Below, one piece after another: positions 50,023 to 60,036 of a stretch of DNA of 64,000 nt. Source of the DNA: Promethearchaeota archaeon (lineage in GTDB: Archaea > Asgardarchaeota > Lokiarchaeia > Sigyniarchaeales > SOKP01); NCBI GenBank assembly GCA_048941385.1, contig JBHLNR010000001.1:3715-67714 (forward strand), given 5' to 3'. A program made the position numbers and the translations under genes. Each line of letters opens with the position of its first letter. Positions within the stretch are counted from its first letter, which is position 1. The notes under the pieces are model-generated. The model was not told the DNA's origin. It worked only from the letters and a program-made list of their open reading frames with translations, and did no database searches.

Positions 50023-51627
50023 TTAATGTCGGAATACTCTTTTTCCACAAAAAATTAGAGCACAGTTTAATTCGTCAGCTCGTTTGATAATTAACTCATC
50101 CCTTATGGATCCACCAGGATGAATTATTGCCTTTGTTCCTGCTTCAACAGCAGCCTCTAAAGCATCAGGAAATGGGAAAAAAGAATCAGTTCCCATTACA
50201 CAATTCTTTAACTCTTGCTTATGACCAAACTCAATTGCTTTTTGGATAGCTAGTTTAACTACATGAACTCGACTTTGTTGACCCGCCCCGATTCCGATGG
50301 AATAAATTCCATTATCATATGTTTGAGCAAAACATGCAGAATTTGATTTGGCCCATTTCGAAACCTTATAAGCAAAAATTAAAGCTTCCTTTTCCTCACT
50401 AGTGACCTTTCTTTTACTTACTACATTCCATTCTTTAATAACAGGTTTACTATCATATTCCTGTATTAATACGCCACCTAGAACAGATCTAATCTCTAAA
50501 TTTTTGTATATTTCCTCTCGTTTATCAAGGAAATTGCCAAATTCTAATATTCTCATGTTTTGTTTTTGTTTTAGAATTTCCAAGGCTTCAGGTTCAAATG
50601 AGGGTGCTAACAAAACATCTATAAAAATGTTTTCTTTATTTACAATGAAATCGGCTACTTCAAAAGTCAATTCCTTATTGAAACCCCACACACCTCCAAA
50701 AGCAGACATTGGGTCACACTTAAATGCCATTTGAACAGATCTCAATTGGTTTTTCCTGTCAAGCGCAATCCCATTGGGAGATGTATGTTTCAGGATTGCT
50801 GTTATATGATTTTCTTTGTTAAAATCTAATAAAATTTGAATGCATGAATCTATATCGAGAAAATTATTATATGAAATTTCTTTACCTCCAAGTTTTTTAA
50901 AATCATGTAGTCCTGTTTTTGCTGAAAGGTCCTTGTAATAAGCAGCAGATTGATCCCAATTTTCTCCATACCTGCAATTTTGAACCTTTTCATAGACCTT
51001 TATGAAAGTATCAGGAATTATTATTTTTGGATTGTAATATTTCTGAAGATAATTCGCAATAGCAACGTTGTAATCTGCCATAATTGAAAATACTTTCTGA
51101 GCAAGAAACATTCTGGTTTTCTCAGTAATAGCCCCCTTATTTGCTCTTAACTCGTCTATAATTATATCATAATATTCAGGGCTTGGAATAACTATTACAT
51201 CTGGAAAATTTTTTGCTGCCGAACGAATCATAGTTGGACCACCAATATCTATCATCTCTAAGGCATCTTTAAGTTCAATACCTGGTTTCTCAATTGCTTC
51301 TTTAAATTGATATAAGTTGCATACAACCATGTCAATTGGTTCTATATTATACTTATCTGCCTCATCGATATCTTTTTGTACATTTCTGCGATATAATAAA
51401 CCTCCTTCAATTTTAGGATGTAATGTTTTAATTCTTCCATCAAACATTTCAGGTGATTCAGTAAATTCAGAAATTTTTATATAATTGATACCATTTTCCT
51501 TTAAAAGAGCTCCTGTTCCGCCTGTTGAGAGAATTTCAACTTTAAATTCATTAACTAAGACTTTAACTAGATCTAAAACGCCTGTTTTATCAAAAACACT
51601 AACTATTGCTCTTTCAATTTTCTTCAT
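50023..51627 (-). CDS. purH: Bifunctional AICAR transformylase / IMP cyclohydrolase
   Basis: SVFDK, STGGT, GRIKTLHP, IDIGGP, RYGEN, KHTSP, GAGQQSRV and RVFRH motifs. Confidence 0.95.
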   Translation of the reverse strand: MKKIERAIVSVFDKTGVLDLVKVLVNEFKVEILSTGGTGALLKENGINYIKISEFTESPEMFDGRIKTLHPKIEGGLLYRRNVQKDIDEADKYNIEPIDMVVCNLYQFKEAIEKPGIELKDALEMIDIGGPTMIRSAAKNFPDVIVIPSPEYYDIIIDELRANKGAITEKTRMFLAQKVFSIMADYNVAIANYLQKYYNPKIIIPDTFIKVYEKVQNCRYGENWDQSAAYYKDLSAKTGLHDFKKLGGKEISYNNFLDIDSCIQILLDFNKENHITAILKHTSPNGIALDRKNQLRSVQMAFKCDPMSAFGGVWGFNKELTFEVADFIVNKENIFIDVLLAPSFEPEALEILKQKQNMRILEFGNFLDKREEIYKNLEIRSVLGGVLIQEYDSKPVIKEWNVVSKRKVTSEEKEALIFAYKVSKWAKSNSACFAQTYDNGIYSIGIGAGQQSRVHVVKLAIQKAIEFGHKQELKNCVMGTDSFFPFPDALEAAVEAGTKAIIHPGGSIRDELIIKRADELNCALIFCGKRVFRH

Positions 51628-51759
51628 AAAAATCGTCCTATTTGTACTTAAGTGATTAAATTAATAATAACAACAAACTAAAGTTTATGATTGTTAAATT
51701 ATTGTTACCAGATATTTAATAATGAATTATTTTCTTCCTAGCGTTAAAAGATAGAAGAT

Positions 51760-53232
51760 TTAAAATTTTCCAATTAGATCATGAGGTGCTGTTTCACGTT
51801 GTCCAACAACTGATACGATACCAAGTGATACTTTCTTCATATCTTGAATAGATTCAGCACCGGCATAGATCATACCATTAGATAGCCCTTCTTTTAAGGT
51901 TGCTAATACTCCCAAAACATCTCCTACATAGGGTACATAATTAGACACACCCTCAGTTAGCATTTTTGAACCTTCTACATATCTATCTGAAATATAACCT
52001 GATGTTCTTGCTTCTTTTGAGCCCATACCTCTATATACTTTTACTTTCCTTCCAGCTATTGTATCTATAAAACCAGGAGATTCATCAGTGCCTGCAAAAA
52101 AATGTCCAGACATTATTAAATCAGCACCTACTGCAAATGCTTTTGGTAGATCACCGGGATTCTTAAATCCGCCATCTGCAATAAGTGATAACTCTGGTTT
52201 ATAATCTTGGATTGCATCAGCTACTTGAGCAGTGGCAAAAAGAGTTGGCGCTCCTACCCCTGTTTGTTGGGAAGTCGTGCAAATCGAACCTGATCCCATT
52301 CCTACTTTTAATCCAATAAATTTTTCTTCTGTAAATTCAACTTTAGTTATCAAGTATTCTGCCGCTTGATATGTACCTATGTTGCCTAACACAAAATCAG
52401 ATTCTAAAAAATTCATTAGTTTCACTGTTCCTTCAATGTCATCTTTCTTATAAAAATCAGCAACATCTATAAAAAAGATATCCACATATTTGTCTAATTC
52501 TTTCAGTAATTCTTGAGATTGAGACGATTCTGGAAATTTAGGAGATAAAGCTAATCCACATAATAGATGTCCTTCTTCATCTTTAGATGCAAATGGGAAT
52601 TCTGGTGCTAAATCCTTTTTGGTAATTAATCCCTTTAAAAATCCCTTTTCATCAATAATTGGAAGCTTTTCCTTGCGTGATTCATATAATATCTTTAATG
52701 CATCTTCTCGTGATGCACCTGGTTTAATAGAAATGACATCTTTAGTCATATAATCCTTGATAGCCCCATTTTTTATATCTTGCTCAAAGAAAGGTATATC
52801 TCTTTTAGTAAAAATTCCACAAACCTTATTCTCATCATTAGTAACTACAATACCGCTAATGTTGTAATTTTCCATCATAAATTTTGCTTTTGAAACTTTT
52901 GCATTTGGCTTAATAGTTGCAACATCATCTATAACAAAAGATCTAGCTCTTTTAACTATTCGAACCATTTCTAGTTGCCTTTCATAAGAACAATTTCGAT
53001 GTAAAACACCAAGACCTCCATGCAGAGCCATACTTATTGCCATTTTCTCTTCGGTAACAGTGTCCATAGCAGATGATATTATGGGAAGATTAAAATGATA
53101 CTTTCCTCCTAAACTCGAAGATAAGTCAACTTGACTTGCAGAAAAATTTGTAAAACCTGGTAAAATTAAAACATCATCAAACGTCGCAATAAGCTTATCT
53201 GAGTGGACCTTTTTTCTATTATAATCTGACAT
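51760..53232 (-). CDS. guaB: IMP dehydrogenase with CBS pair
   Basis: [34 protein letters not shown] and YRGMGS motifs. A GGTGA SD lies 6 nt before the ATG. Confidence 0.93.
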   Translation of the reverse strand: MSDYNRKKVHSDKLIATFDDVLILPGFTNFSASQVDLSSSLGGKYHFNLPIISSAMDTVTEEKMAISMALHGGLGVLHRNCSYERQLEMVRIVKRARSFVIDDVATIKPNAKVSKAKFMMENYNISGIVVTNDENKVCGIFTKRDIPFFEQDIKNGAIKDYMTKDVISIKPGASREDALKILYESRKEKLPIIDEKGFLKGLITKKDLAPEFPFASKDEEGHLLCGLALSPKFPESSQSQELLKELDKYVDIFFIDVADFYKKDDIEGTVKLMNFLESDFVLGNIGTYQAAEYLITKVEFTEEKFIGLKVGMGSGSICTTSQQTGVGAPTLFATAQVADAIQDYKPELSLIADGGFKNPGDLPKAFAVGADLIMSGHFFAGTDESPGFIDTIAGRKVKVYRGMGSKEARTSGYISDRYVEGSKMLTEGVSNYVPYVGDVLGVLATLKEGLSNGMIYAGAESIQDMKKVSLGIVSVVGQRETAPHDLIGKF

Positions 53233-53385
53233 TAGTAATCACCAATTCTGAAAGATTTTACAATTTAATTGAGGAACTCTTGAATTTTCGAATTAAAAAG
53301 TAAAAAATTTTGAATTTTATTATTAAAGAAAATTTAGTTTAAAAAATTTTGGGTGTTATATATAAAAAAATAGGAAAAAAATGGA

Positions 53386-54207
53386 TTAAATAGGTATATC
53401 CTTTTTGTTGAAAACAAGAAGGCTTGCTGTTATCAGCACTACATTTATAGAACCTAAGACAATGAGATCTCGAATATAAAGTGAAAAGTTCGAGTGAACC
53501 AAGTATTCGGGGGGATTAAAATAGTAGAATGCGGATAAGTATTTAACACCCTGAACTGATTCATCCATGTAGATATAAAATTCACCTAGGAAAAACATTA
53601 AAAATAATACTACAACACCTAAAGCCATTGATTTTCGTGATGTAAGAAAAATGGTTGAAAATAATTTAGCAAACATTGCAAGAGTACCTAAGAAAAGAAC
53701 GACGATTATATAAGTAAGCCATAATCTATCAAAAAATAAACCTTCCTCATTAAATGTTGAAGAAAATGCCATCCCACCCATGGTTATAAGAAAACAGATT
53801 CCCATAGTAGCCAGTATGAATAGATAAAGGAAGGAAATTTTACTTCCAAGAAAGTTATAACGAGTAATTGGTTTTGAGAGTGTAAGATCAATAGTTTTTT
53901 CTTCAATTTCTTGAGATAAAAGTCCACTTGCCATGTATATAATATAGATGCCTGCGTACAACCACATAAAAGCTAATATTTCTAAACTCCAGAATCCATA
54001 CACATTGGAGAAAATTTCAACATCTCCAAAAAATTCCAACATTCCTTCTGGCCATGCGGCTATAATATCTTGAATTGCGTCAAGATCCATATCTTCTACC
54101 ATATAAATGATGAAGTAACTTAATAATCCTATAATCCCTCCCAAGATTAGAAGTATGTATTTCTTAGAGAGGAGATCTTCTTTTACGCCTTTAATGAATT
54201 GTCTCAT
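53386..54207 (-). CDS. ABC-2 type exporter permease
   Basis: EIEEKTIDLTLSKPITR motif, six TM segments and a C-terminal FNKKDI. Confidence 0.88.
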   Translation of the reverse strand: MRQFIKGVKEDLLSKKYILLILGGIIGLLSYFIIYMVEDMDLDAIQDIIAAWPEGMLEFFGDVEIFSNVYGFWSLEILAFMWLYAGIYIIYMASGLLSQEIEEKTIDLTLSKPITRYNFLGSKISFLYLFILATMGICFLITMGGMAFSSTFNEEGLFFDRLWLTYIIVVLFLGTLAMFAKLFSTIFLTSRKSMALGVVVLFLMFFLGEFYIYMDESVQGVKYLSAFYYFNPPEYLVHSNFSLYIRDLIVLGSINVVLITASLLVFNKKDIPI

Positions 54208-55164
54208 TTATGATTCCACCTCGTTCTTTTTAATATATTTTGCACTTTGAGATGATGATACAGTATAATACTTTAAAAAAATATCCTCCAATGCTGGACT
54301 CGTAATATTAGTATCAATTAAATCAGTATTCGAAAGAAGCTGAAGAACTTTTGGCAGATCTTCTCTAGATACCAAAAAGGAAGCATGAGTATCATTTAAA
54401 ATGACTTTCTCTACTTTTTCACCAGGGAGTTTTTCGGAAAATTCTTCCATTCCTCTAGCAGATGCGAATTCTACATTTATTTCCTTCATAGCCATACGCT
54501 TTAATTGCTGAATTGTTGCTACTTCAACTATAGTACCCTCACGGATAATTCCTACTCTGTGAGCGACTCTTTCAACTTCACCTAATAAGTGAGAGCTTAG
54601 CAGGACCGTAGAACCCGTTTCTTCTTGTTGTTTGTGAAGAATATTATAGAATTCCGCAGTAATAAGAGGGTCTAATCCAGAAGTAGGTTCATCAAGTATG
54701 AGAAGCTCTACTTCGGGGGCAAGGGCAAGTATTATCCCTATTTTTTGTTTATTTCCTTTACTTAGTTCTTTTACTTTTCTATCTAGCTCTAATCCAAATA
54801 TTGACGCTAATTCGTCTATACGGTGTTCTGGAATATCGTTTTGATATAATCCAAGAAGGTAATCTATATTTCGTCGAGCAGTTTTTTCTTGAAACAAACC
54901 TAATTCCCCGGGTAAATACGCAGTTCTTTGTCGAATTGCTACAGAATCAAGATGAGTATCAAGATTGAAAATTTTCGCATTTCCAGATGTTTTTCTAATT
55001 AAATCCAATAAAACTCTAATAGTTGTAGTTTTTCCAGCGCCATTAGGTCCAAGCAATCCAAAAATTTCCCCTTTATAGATCTCAAGACTTAAATTCTCTA
55101 TACCTCTTGATTTTCCATAATATTTTGTTAAATCATTTGTTTGAATAATAGTTTCTTTGGACAG
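54208..55164 (-). CDS. ABC exporter ATP-binding protein (probable CTG start)
   Basis: GPNGAGKTT, LSKGN, LILDEPTSGLDP and SSH motifs. The conserved N-terminus LTKYYG..GIENLSLEIYKGEIFGL lies upstream of the track start. Confidence 0.88.
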   Translation of the reverse strand: MSKETIIQTNDLTKYYGKSRGIENLSLEIYKGEIFGLLGPNGAGKTTTIRVLLDLIRKTSGNAKIFNLDTHLDSVAIRQRTAYLPGELGLFQEKTARRNIDYLLGLYQNDIPEHRIDELASIFGLELDRKVKELSKGNKQKIGIILALAPEVELLILDEPTSGLDPLITAEFYNILHKQQEETGSTVLLSSHLLGEVERVAHRVGIIREGTIVEVATIQQLKRMAMKEINVEFASARGMEEFSEKLPGEKVEKVILNDTHASFLVSREDLPKVLQLLSNTDLIDTNITSPALEDIFLKYYTVSSSQSAKYIKKNEVES

Positions 55165-55271
55165 TTTTTTACACCAAGTTAATTTAGTTTTTTTTAAATT
55201 TCTTTATAAAATTTTTATTTTTATTCACAATAAATTAGACATGCCTAATTTAAAAAATTTCTTTTTTTTAA

Positions 55272-55290
55272 GTTTCAAATAATATGAAAC
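55272..55290. promoter_or_regulatory. Inverted repeat, candidate operator between the divergent ABC and regulator genes
   Basis: GTTTCA-aataata-TGAAAC. Confidence 0.4.
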
Positions 55291-55386
55291 CAATCTAATA
55301 ATATGGAACTACTTATATAAATGTTTTCATTATTTTCGAATTGTGAAAAAATATTTAAACAAGTTTAGATATATGTTATCTAAGGA

Positions 55387-55944
55387 ATGACTGAAGATTC
55401 AATTAATTTAAATGATGCCAAAGATCGAAAATATCATTATAGTGAAAAATTAAGAAAATATGAAAATAAATTGGTAGAATTTTTTGTAGATATTGGCACA
55501 CAGAAGAGAGTAAATCCCAAAATGCTCCAAATTTCCTCGTATCTATTAATTCATGGTTCATTAACACAAAAAGAAATAAAAGAATTGACTGGACTTTCAA
55601 TGGGTACGATTTCAACATTTTTATCAATAATGATAGGGATGGGCAGGTTTCAGAAGGAAAGAATTCCAAAAACTCATACGTATAGTTATTCATATTCTGA
55701 AAATCTTGAGGATATTACACTACGGGGAATTGATATCATGATAAATAGCCTAACTTCATTGGAAGTTTATTTTAATACTAAAAAGAAACAATTAAAAAAG
55801 TTAATAGATCAAAACAAGAAAGGAGCGAAACATCTTACCCATAGGATTGACGAATTAATAGAGATATTCGAATTTTATAAAGAAGTGTTTCCGGGTATTT
55901 ATAAAGAAACATCTTCAGGAGGAATTAAAAAGAGTGAGGCCTAA
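55387..55944 (+). CDS. GbsR/MarR-like transcriptional regulator
   Basis: LTQKEIKELTGLSMGTISTFL helix-turn-helix. Confidence 0.78.
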   Translation: MTEDSINLNDAKDRKYHYSEKLRKYENKLVEFFVDIGTQKRVNPKMLQISSYLLIHGSLTQKEIKELTGLSMGTISTFLSIMIGMGRFQKERIPKTHTYSYSYSENLEDITLRGIDIMINSLTSLEVYFNTKKKQLKKLIDQNKKGAKHLTHRIDELIEIFEFYKEVFPGIYKETSSGGIKKSEA

Positions 55945-55946
55945 AT

Positions 55947-56456
55947 TTGATAAGCGAAATAGAATTTGATCCAGAAGTATACTTAATAGAGGATGAGATT
56001 TTGAACCAAATTGCATCGACACCAATGTTTACTGGTCGAGATCCAACATTTATTAAAATCTTAGGATTATTTATGACAAGAAAATACTTAACTCAAAAAA
56101 CTTTACAGAAAATAACGGGATTATCAGCAGGTAAAATTTCAGAAGAAGTAAATCAATTTTTAGAAATGGGATTAATAGATAAAGCGCATGTTTCGAAGAA
56201 GGGTAAGATTATCTATTCTGCAAATTCTGCGGGGTTAATCTTGCTAAAATTTAGTAAAAGCATTCTTAGTAGGATGGTAAAATGGGAACAAGAATTAGAA
56301 AAAATGAAGTTGGAGTTAGAAAATAATAAAGAATTATTAGAAAATGAACTAGGTTATGAGCGAATTTTAAATTATTATACTTATTTTTTAGATGCTACAA
56401 TAAGTTATAAAAAATCCTTTGAAGCAATTGATAACGAGGTTAAGTCAGAAAATTAA
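55947..56456 (+). CDS. GbsR/MarR-like transcriptional regulator (paralogue)
   Basis: LTQKTLQKITGLSAGKISEEV helix-turn-helix. Confidence 0.78.
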   Translation: MISEIEFDPEVYLIEDEILNQIASTPMFTGRDPTFIKILGLFMTRKYLTQKTLQKITGLSAGKISEEVNQFLEMGLIDKAHVSKKGKIIYSANSAGLILLKFSKSILSRMVKWEQELEKMKLELENNKELLENELGYERILNYYTYFLDATISYKKSFEAIDNEVKSEN

Positions 56457-56466
56457 ATTTGGTTAT

Positions 56467-57375
56467 TTACATACGAGTTAAATTTTTTCTTGGCATTTTT
56501 TTGATTCTAGGGTCCTCTATATAAGAGTCTAATGTTTTAATAAACATTTCTCTGTCTACCTTAATATTTGGTGATTCAATTGAGCAGTAATTACTTATAT
56601 GGTCATTGAATACTTGAGAGGTTACGTTCTCGCCTAAATTTGCTATTATTTCTCTTTCTTCAATCAAGTTTTCAACAGGGCTTAGTAATGTAAATTCTCC
56701 TGACTGTAAATCCTCCCAAAGAGGTGTGCTAGGGGATATATTCAACGTTCGGAATCTAAAAATAGTTGGATTTATTTCAGTTAATACTCTAGCGGTTTCT
56801 TTTATATGTTCCTCAGAATATTTATGGCCTCCTAAACCAAGAATGATATAAAGAGATAATTTAATTCCAGCTTTTAAGAGCCTTCTACCTGCTTTAATAA
56901 AAGACTCAGCATTAGTTCCCTTTTTCATTAATCGCAATATGGTATTTGACCCGCTTTCTAATCCCATATATACTATATCTAATCCAGATTTAGCTAATTT
57001 TTCTAATTCTTCATCTGATTTTCTCAAAATATCCAATGCTTTGGCATAACAACTAACCCGTTGAACATTCCTAAGTGTCATTCTAACATATTTAATAATT
57101 TCAACCAAATAATCTGTTGGAGCCGAAGTAGGATTTCCCCCCGCTAAAAATACTGGAAAACCATGATAATTATATTTAGCAGCTTGATCTATATCTTTTT
57201 TCACATCTTCTAAAGGTCGTATCGCATAATCTTGAGTGGTTCCATACATTCCTTTGTAAGTACCACAAAATTTGCATTTATTCCAAGAACATCCTCCTGT
57301 AACAGCAATTAAAAGAGAATATGCTTCTACAGGTGGTCTTATGATAATTTGCTCAGCAGGATATTTGATAGTCAT
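56467..57375 (-). CDS. Radical SAM protein
   Basis: IRPPVEAYS, CSWNKCKFC and YMGLESG motifs. Confidence 0.9.
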   Translation of the reverse strand: MTIKYPAEQIIIRPPVEAYSLLIAVTGGCSWNKCKFCGTYKGMYGTTQDYAIRPLEDVKKDIDQAAKYNYHGFPVFLAGGNPTSAPTDYLVEIIKYVRMTLRNVQRVSCYAKALDILRKSDEELEKLAKSGLDIVYMGLESGSNTILRLMKKGTNAESFIKAGRRLLKAGIKLSLYIILGLGGHKYSEEHIKETARVLTEINPTIFRFRTLNISPSTPLWEDLQSGEFTLLSPVENLIEEREIIANLGENVTSQVFNDHISNYCSIESPNIKVDREMFIKTLDSYIEDPRIKKMPRKNLTRM

Positions 57376-57722
57376 TTTAGTAGGAGAAATAAATCTTTGG
57401 CATTTTCAAATTGTATTGATTAATTTAATTAAAATAAGCTAGATTTTTAGATATTATTGTTATAATTTGAAATTTTTTGATAATTACATTATAGGTCCTT
57501 ATCATAAACCAGTTGTGTAAATGGGATTTTAATTATTCTTCTCAAAACCATAGACTTTCCCATTTTTGTAATATTAGGTTGGTTAACAATCAATTAATTT
57601 TTCAAATAATATATTTAAATTTTCATTAACTATACCAGTTAAATCAATGTGGCATTTTGAATTAATAATAAAAGTTTAAAACATAAATTATAATCTTCAA
57701 TTATCTAAGAGTTTTTAAGCTA

Positions 57723-58319
57723 ATGAGTTACGATGGAAGAGATGTTATTTACAGCTTTAAAATAGTAATATGCGGTGCTAATGCTGTTGGAAAGACTTGT
57801 CTTTTCAATCGATACTGCTTCAATTCATTTGATTTTGATGCATCACCCACAATTGGAATAAATTTTCATTCGGTCCATATAAAAATTAATTTTAAAGATA
57901 ATCCAGATGATCGAAAGGAAAATTATGTTGTTAATTCTATTTTTGATTTTGGTGGTCAGGAACGTTTCAAGCCGTTACTCCCTAGATTTATAGAAGGGGC
58001 TAACGGAGCACTGCTAGTTTTTGATTTAGTTAATAGATTAACTTTTAACCAATTAGATTTCTGGTATGAACAAATCATTAAATATGCACTGAATCCTGAC
58101 ATTCCTATTCTCTTAGTAGGAAGTAAAAGTGATTTAATAGAGAAAACCCCTAATTCAGAAATTGTATTGGATAACTTAATTCAGGAGTATGTAAAAGAAC
58201 AGAAATTAGATGGATTTTTCAAAACATCTTCATTAGAAAATTATAATGTCTTAGAAGTTTTTAAAGAATTAAACGATATTATGTTAAAAAAACTACAGAT
58301 TCCCTATGTAGTTGCTTAA
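57723..58319 (+). CDS. Rab-like small GTPase
   Basis: G1 GANAVGKT, G2 PTIG, G3 DFGGQERF, GALLVFD, G4 SKSD, G5 TSS. Confidence 0.9.
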   Translation: MSYDGRDVIYSFKIVICGANAVGKTCLFNRYCFNSFDFDASPTIGINFHSVHIKINFKDNPDDRKENYVVNSIFDFGGQERFKPLLPRFIEGANGALLVFDLVNRLTFNQLDFWYEQIIKYALNPDIPILLVGSKSDLIEKTPNSEIVLDNLIQEYVKEQKLDGFFKTSSLENYNVLEVFKELNDIMLKKLQIPYVVA

Positions 58320-58337
58320 AGGAGATAAGAAAATAAT

Positions 58338-59414
58338 TTAAAATTCTCTTTCATAAACGAAATCAGAGAATTCGTTGAAAAATGTCTTTTGCTCCCTGTT
58401 AAGATCAGGATATATATCCTTTAAATTATTTTTTGCCTGTTCCACTAAATTTTTTGCTAAGTGTTCAGCAATCATTAAGGCATTTGTTTGAGTAAAAATA
58501 TCCTCTACATTTTTAACATCTGTTTTAGTGAGAGTATCTTTATGATATATTTCATTTAGAATTTTAGATTGTTCTTCATCTGTATTTTGAACTGCTAAAA
58601 TATATACTATTTTGGATCTATTTTTCGCTTTAATATCATCTTTTAAATCTATGATATCATCTCTAATTGCATGAGCTTGACCAATACTTAGTAAGGCATC
58701 GCTTAAGGGTTTAATTTGGTAATGAATATTACCCTTTGCTAAGATAGCACCTATTTTAGCGGATTTTTCAAATAACCGTGCTCTTTGATATTCTGCAATA
58801 TTCAGATACTGTTCTAAAGTCATTGTAATATTATTATAGTTCATATATTCTTCAATTAATTGTCCTTTCATTAAATAATCCATTGCTTGTGTATATTCAT
58901 TGATAGCTAATAATTTAGTTTGTTCTGGAAATTTCGCAGATTTCAATATATCTAATCCTAAGAGATATCCTTGCATTCCACCTAATATTGACATATCTCT
59001 TCCATACAAATTTACAATTTCGTCCTTATTAGGAGCGTCTAAATCCTTATATATCTGATTTAACTCATTCTTTAGTTGCATATGAAAAGTGGGTTTTTCT
59101 CTTCTCACAGTATCGTCATCTAGTAAATCGTCATGTATTATATGCCCACTATGTAATAATTCAACCGCAATAGAAACTTCCCGAATTTGCTCGATCTGGT
59201 CTCCCAAATACATTGGATTCACAATACCAGAAAAAGCAGCACTCAATAAAATAGGATGAATCCTTTTTGCTTTCTCATTCAAGATAAACTCTTCGAGTTG
59301 AGTAATAAAATCTTTAAGAAGAATATCTTTTTCTATTTTGTTTAATTGATTAAAATATTTCTCTAATTCTCCGTCAACAAAAGCTTTCTCTGTTTTAAAG
59401 AATTCTTCTATCAT
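58338..59414 (-). CDS. Polyprenyl (geranylgeranyl) diphosphate synthase family
   Basis: KRIHP, VELLH, HDDLLDDDTVRR, GQ and DDIID motifs. Confidence 0.88.
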   Translation of the reverse strand: MIEEFFKTEKAFVDGELEKYFNQLNKIEKDILLKDFITQLEEFILNEKAKRIHPILLSAAFSGIVNPMYLGDQIEQIREVSIAVELLHSGHIIHDDLLDDDTVRREKPTFHMQLKNELNQIYKDLDAPNKDEIVNLYGRDMSILGGMQGYLLGLDILKSAKFPEQTKLLAINEYTQAMDYLMKGQLIEEYMNYNNITMTLEQYLNIAEYQRARLFEKSAKIGAILAKGNIHYQIKPLSDALLSIGQAHAIRDDIIDLKDDIKAKNRSKIVYILAVQNTDEEQSKILNEIYHKDTLTKTDVKNVEDIFTQTNALMIAEHLAKNLVEQAKNNLKDIYPDLNREQKTFFNEFSDFVYEREF

Positions 59415-59522
59415 TTTAGAATCATAAAAATTTAATTAGTATTAATATAAAACATATAACAATTTAATTTAATTATATCTAAAACCTATTATTTTTATAT
59501 TAATTTAGGAGATTATTGAAAG

Positions 59523-60035
59523 ATGAAAATAGCGTGTATTTCAGACAGTCATGATCATATGGAAAATATCCTAAAAGCAGTTTCAATTATAAATAATAAA
59601 AAGGTCGGTGCCGTTATACATTGCGGAGATTATGTAGCACCTTTTGTAAAAAAGTGGTTTGACCAACTTGATAGTGAAATCAAAAAGAATTTTTTTGGGG
59701 TATTTGGCAACAACGATGGAGAAAGATTGTATTTAAAACAAAATTTAGGCCAAATATGTAAATTTGCCCAAAATGGGAACGAGTTAATTTTAGAATTAGG
59801 AGGAAAGAGAATTTTTGTATCTCATATGCCACAAAAGGAAACAATTAAGGCCTTGGCAAATTCGGGAGAATTTGATTTAATTTTAACTGGACATACACAT
59901 GCTTTAAATAATGAGAAGAATGAGAATGGTGTTTTAATAGTAAATCCAGGAGAATTGTGTGGTTATTTGACAGGAAAATCGACATTTGCTATTATAGATA
60001 CAGATAAAATGGAAGCAGAGATAATTGAACTATAG
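59523..60035 (+). CDS. YfcE/MJ0936-family metallophosphoesterase
   Basis: SDSH, HCGD, GNND, GHTH and NPG motifs. Confidence 0.9.
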   Translation: MKIACISDSHDHMENILKAVSIINNKKVGAVIHCGDYVAPFVKKWFDQLDSEIKKNFFGVFGNNDGERLYLKQNLGQICKFAQNGNELILELGGKRIFVSHMPQKETIKALANSGEFDLILTGHTHALNNEKNENGVLIVNPGELCGYLTGKSTFAIIDTDKMEAEIIEL

Positions 60036-60036
60036 A

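Noticed and set aside
57489-57563. 24-codon minus-strand ORF (MGKSMVLRRIIKIPF...)
   Set aside because: It is too short and has no supporting signals.
57723-59414. Rab-like GTPase beside a polyprenyl synthase as a prenylation module
   Set aside because: The GTPase ends in PYVVA with no C-terminal Cys, the genes are convergent, and the synthase is explained by ordinary isoprenoid or lipid synthesis.
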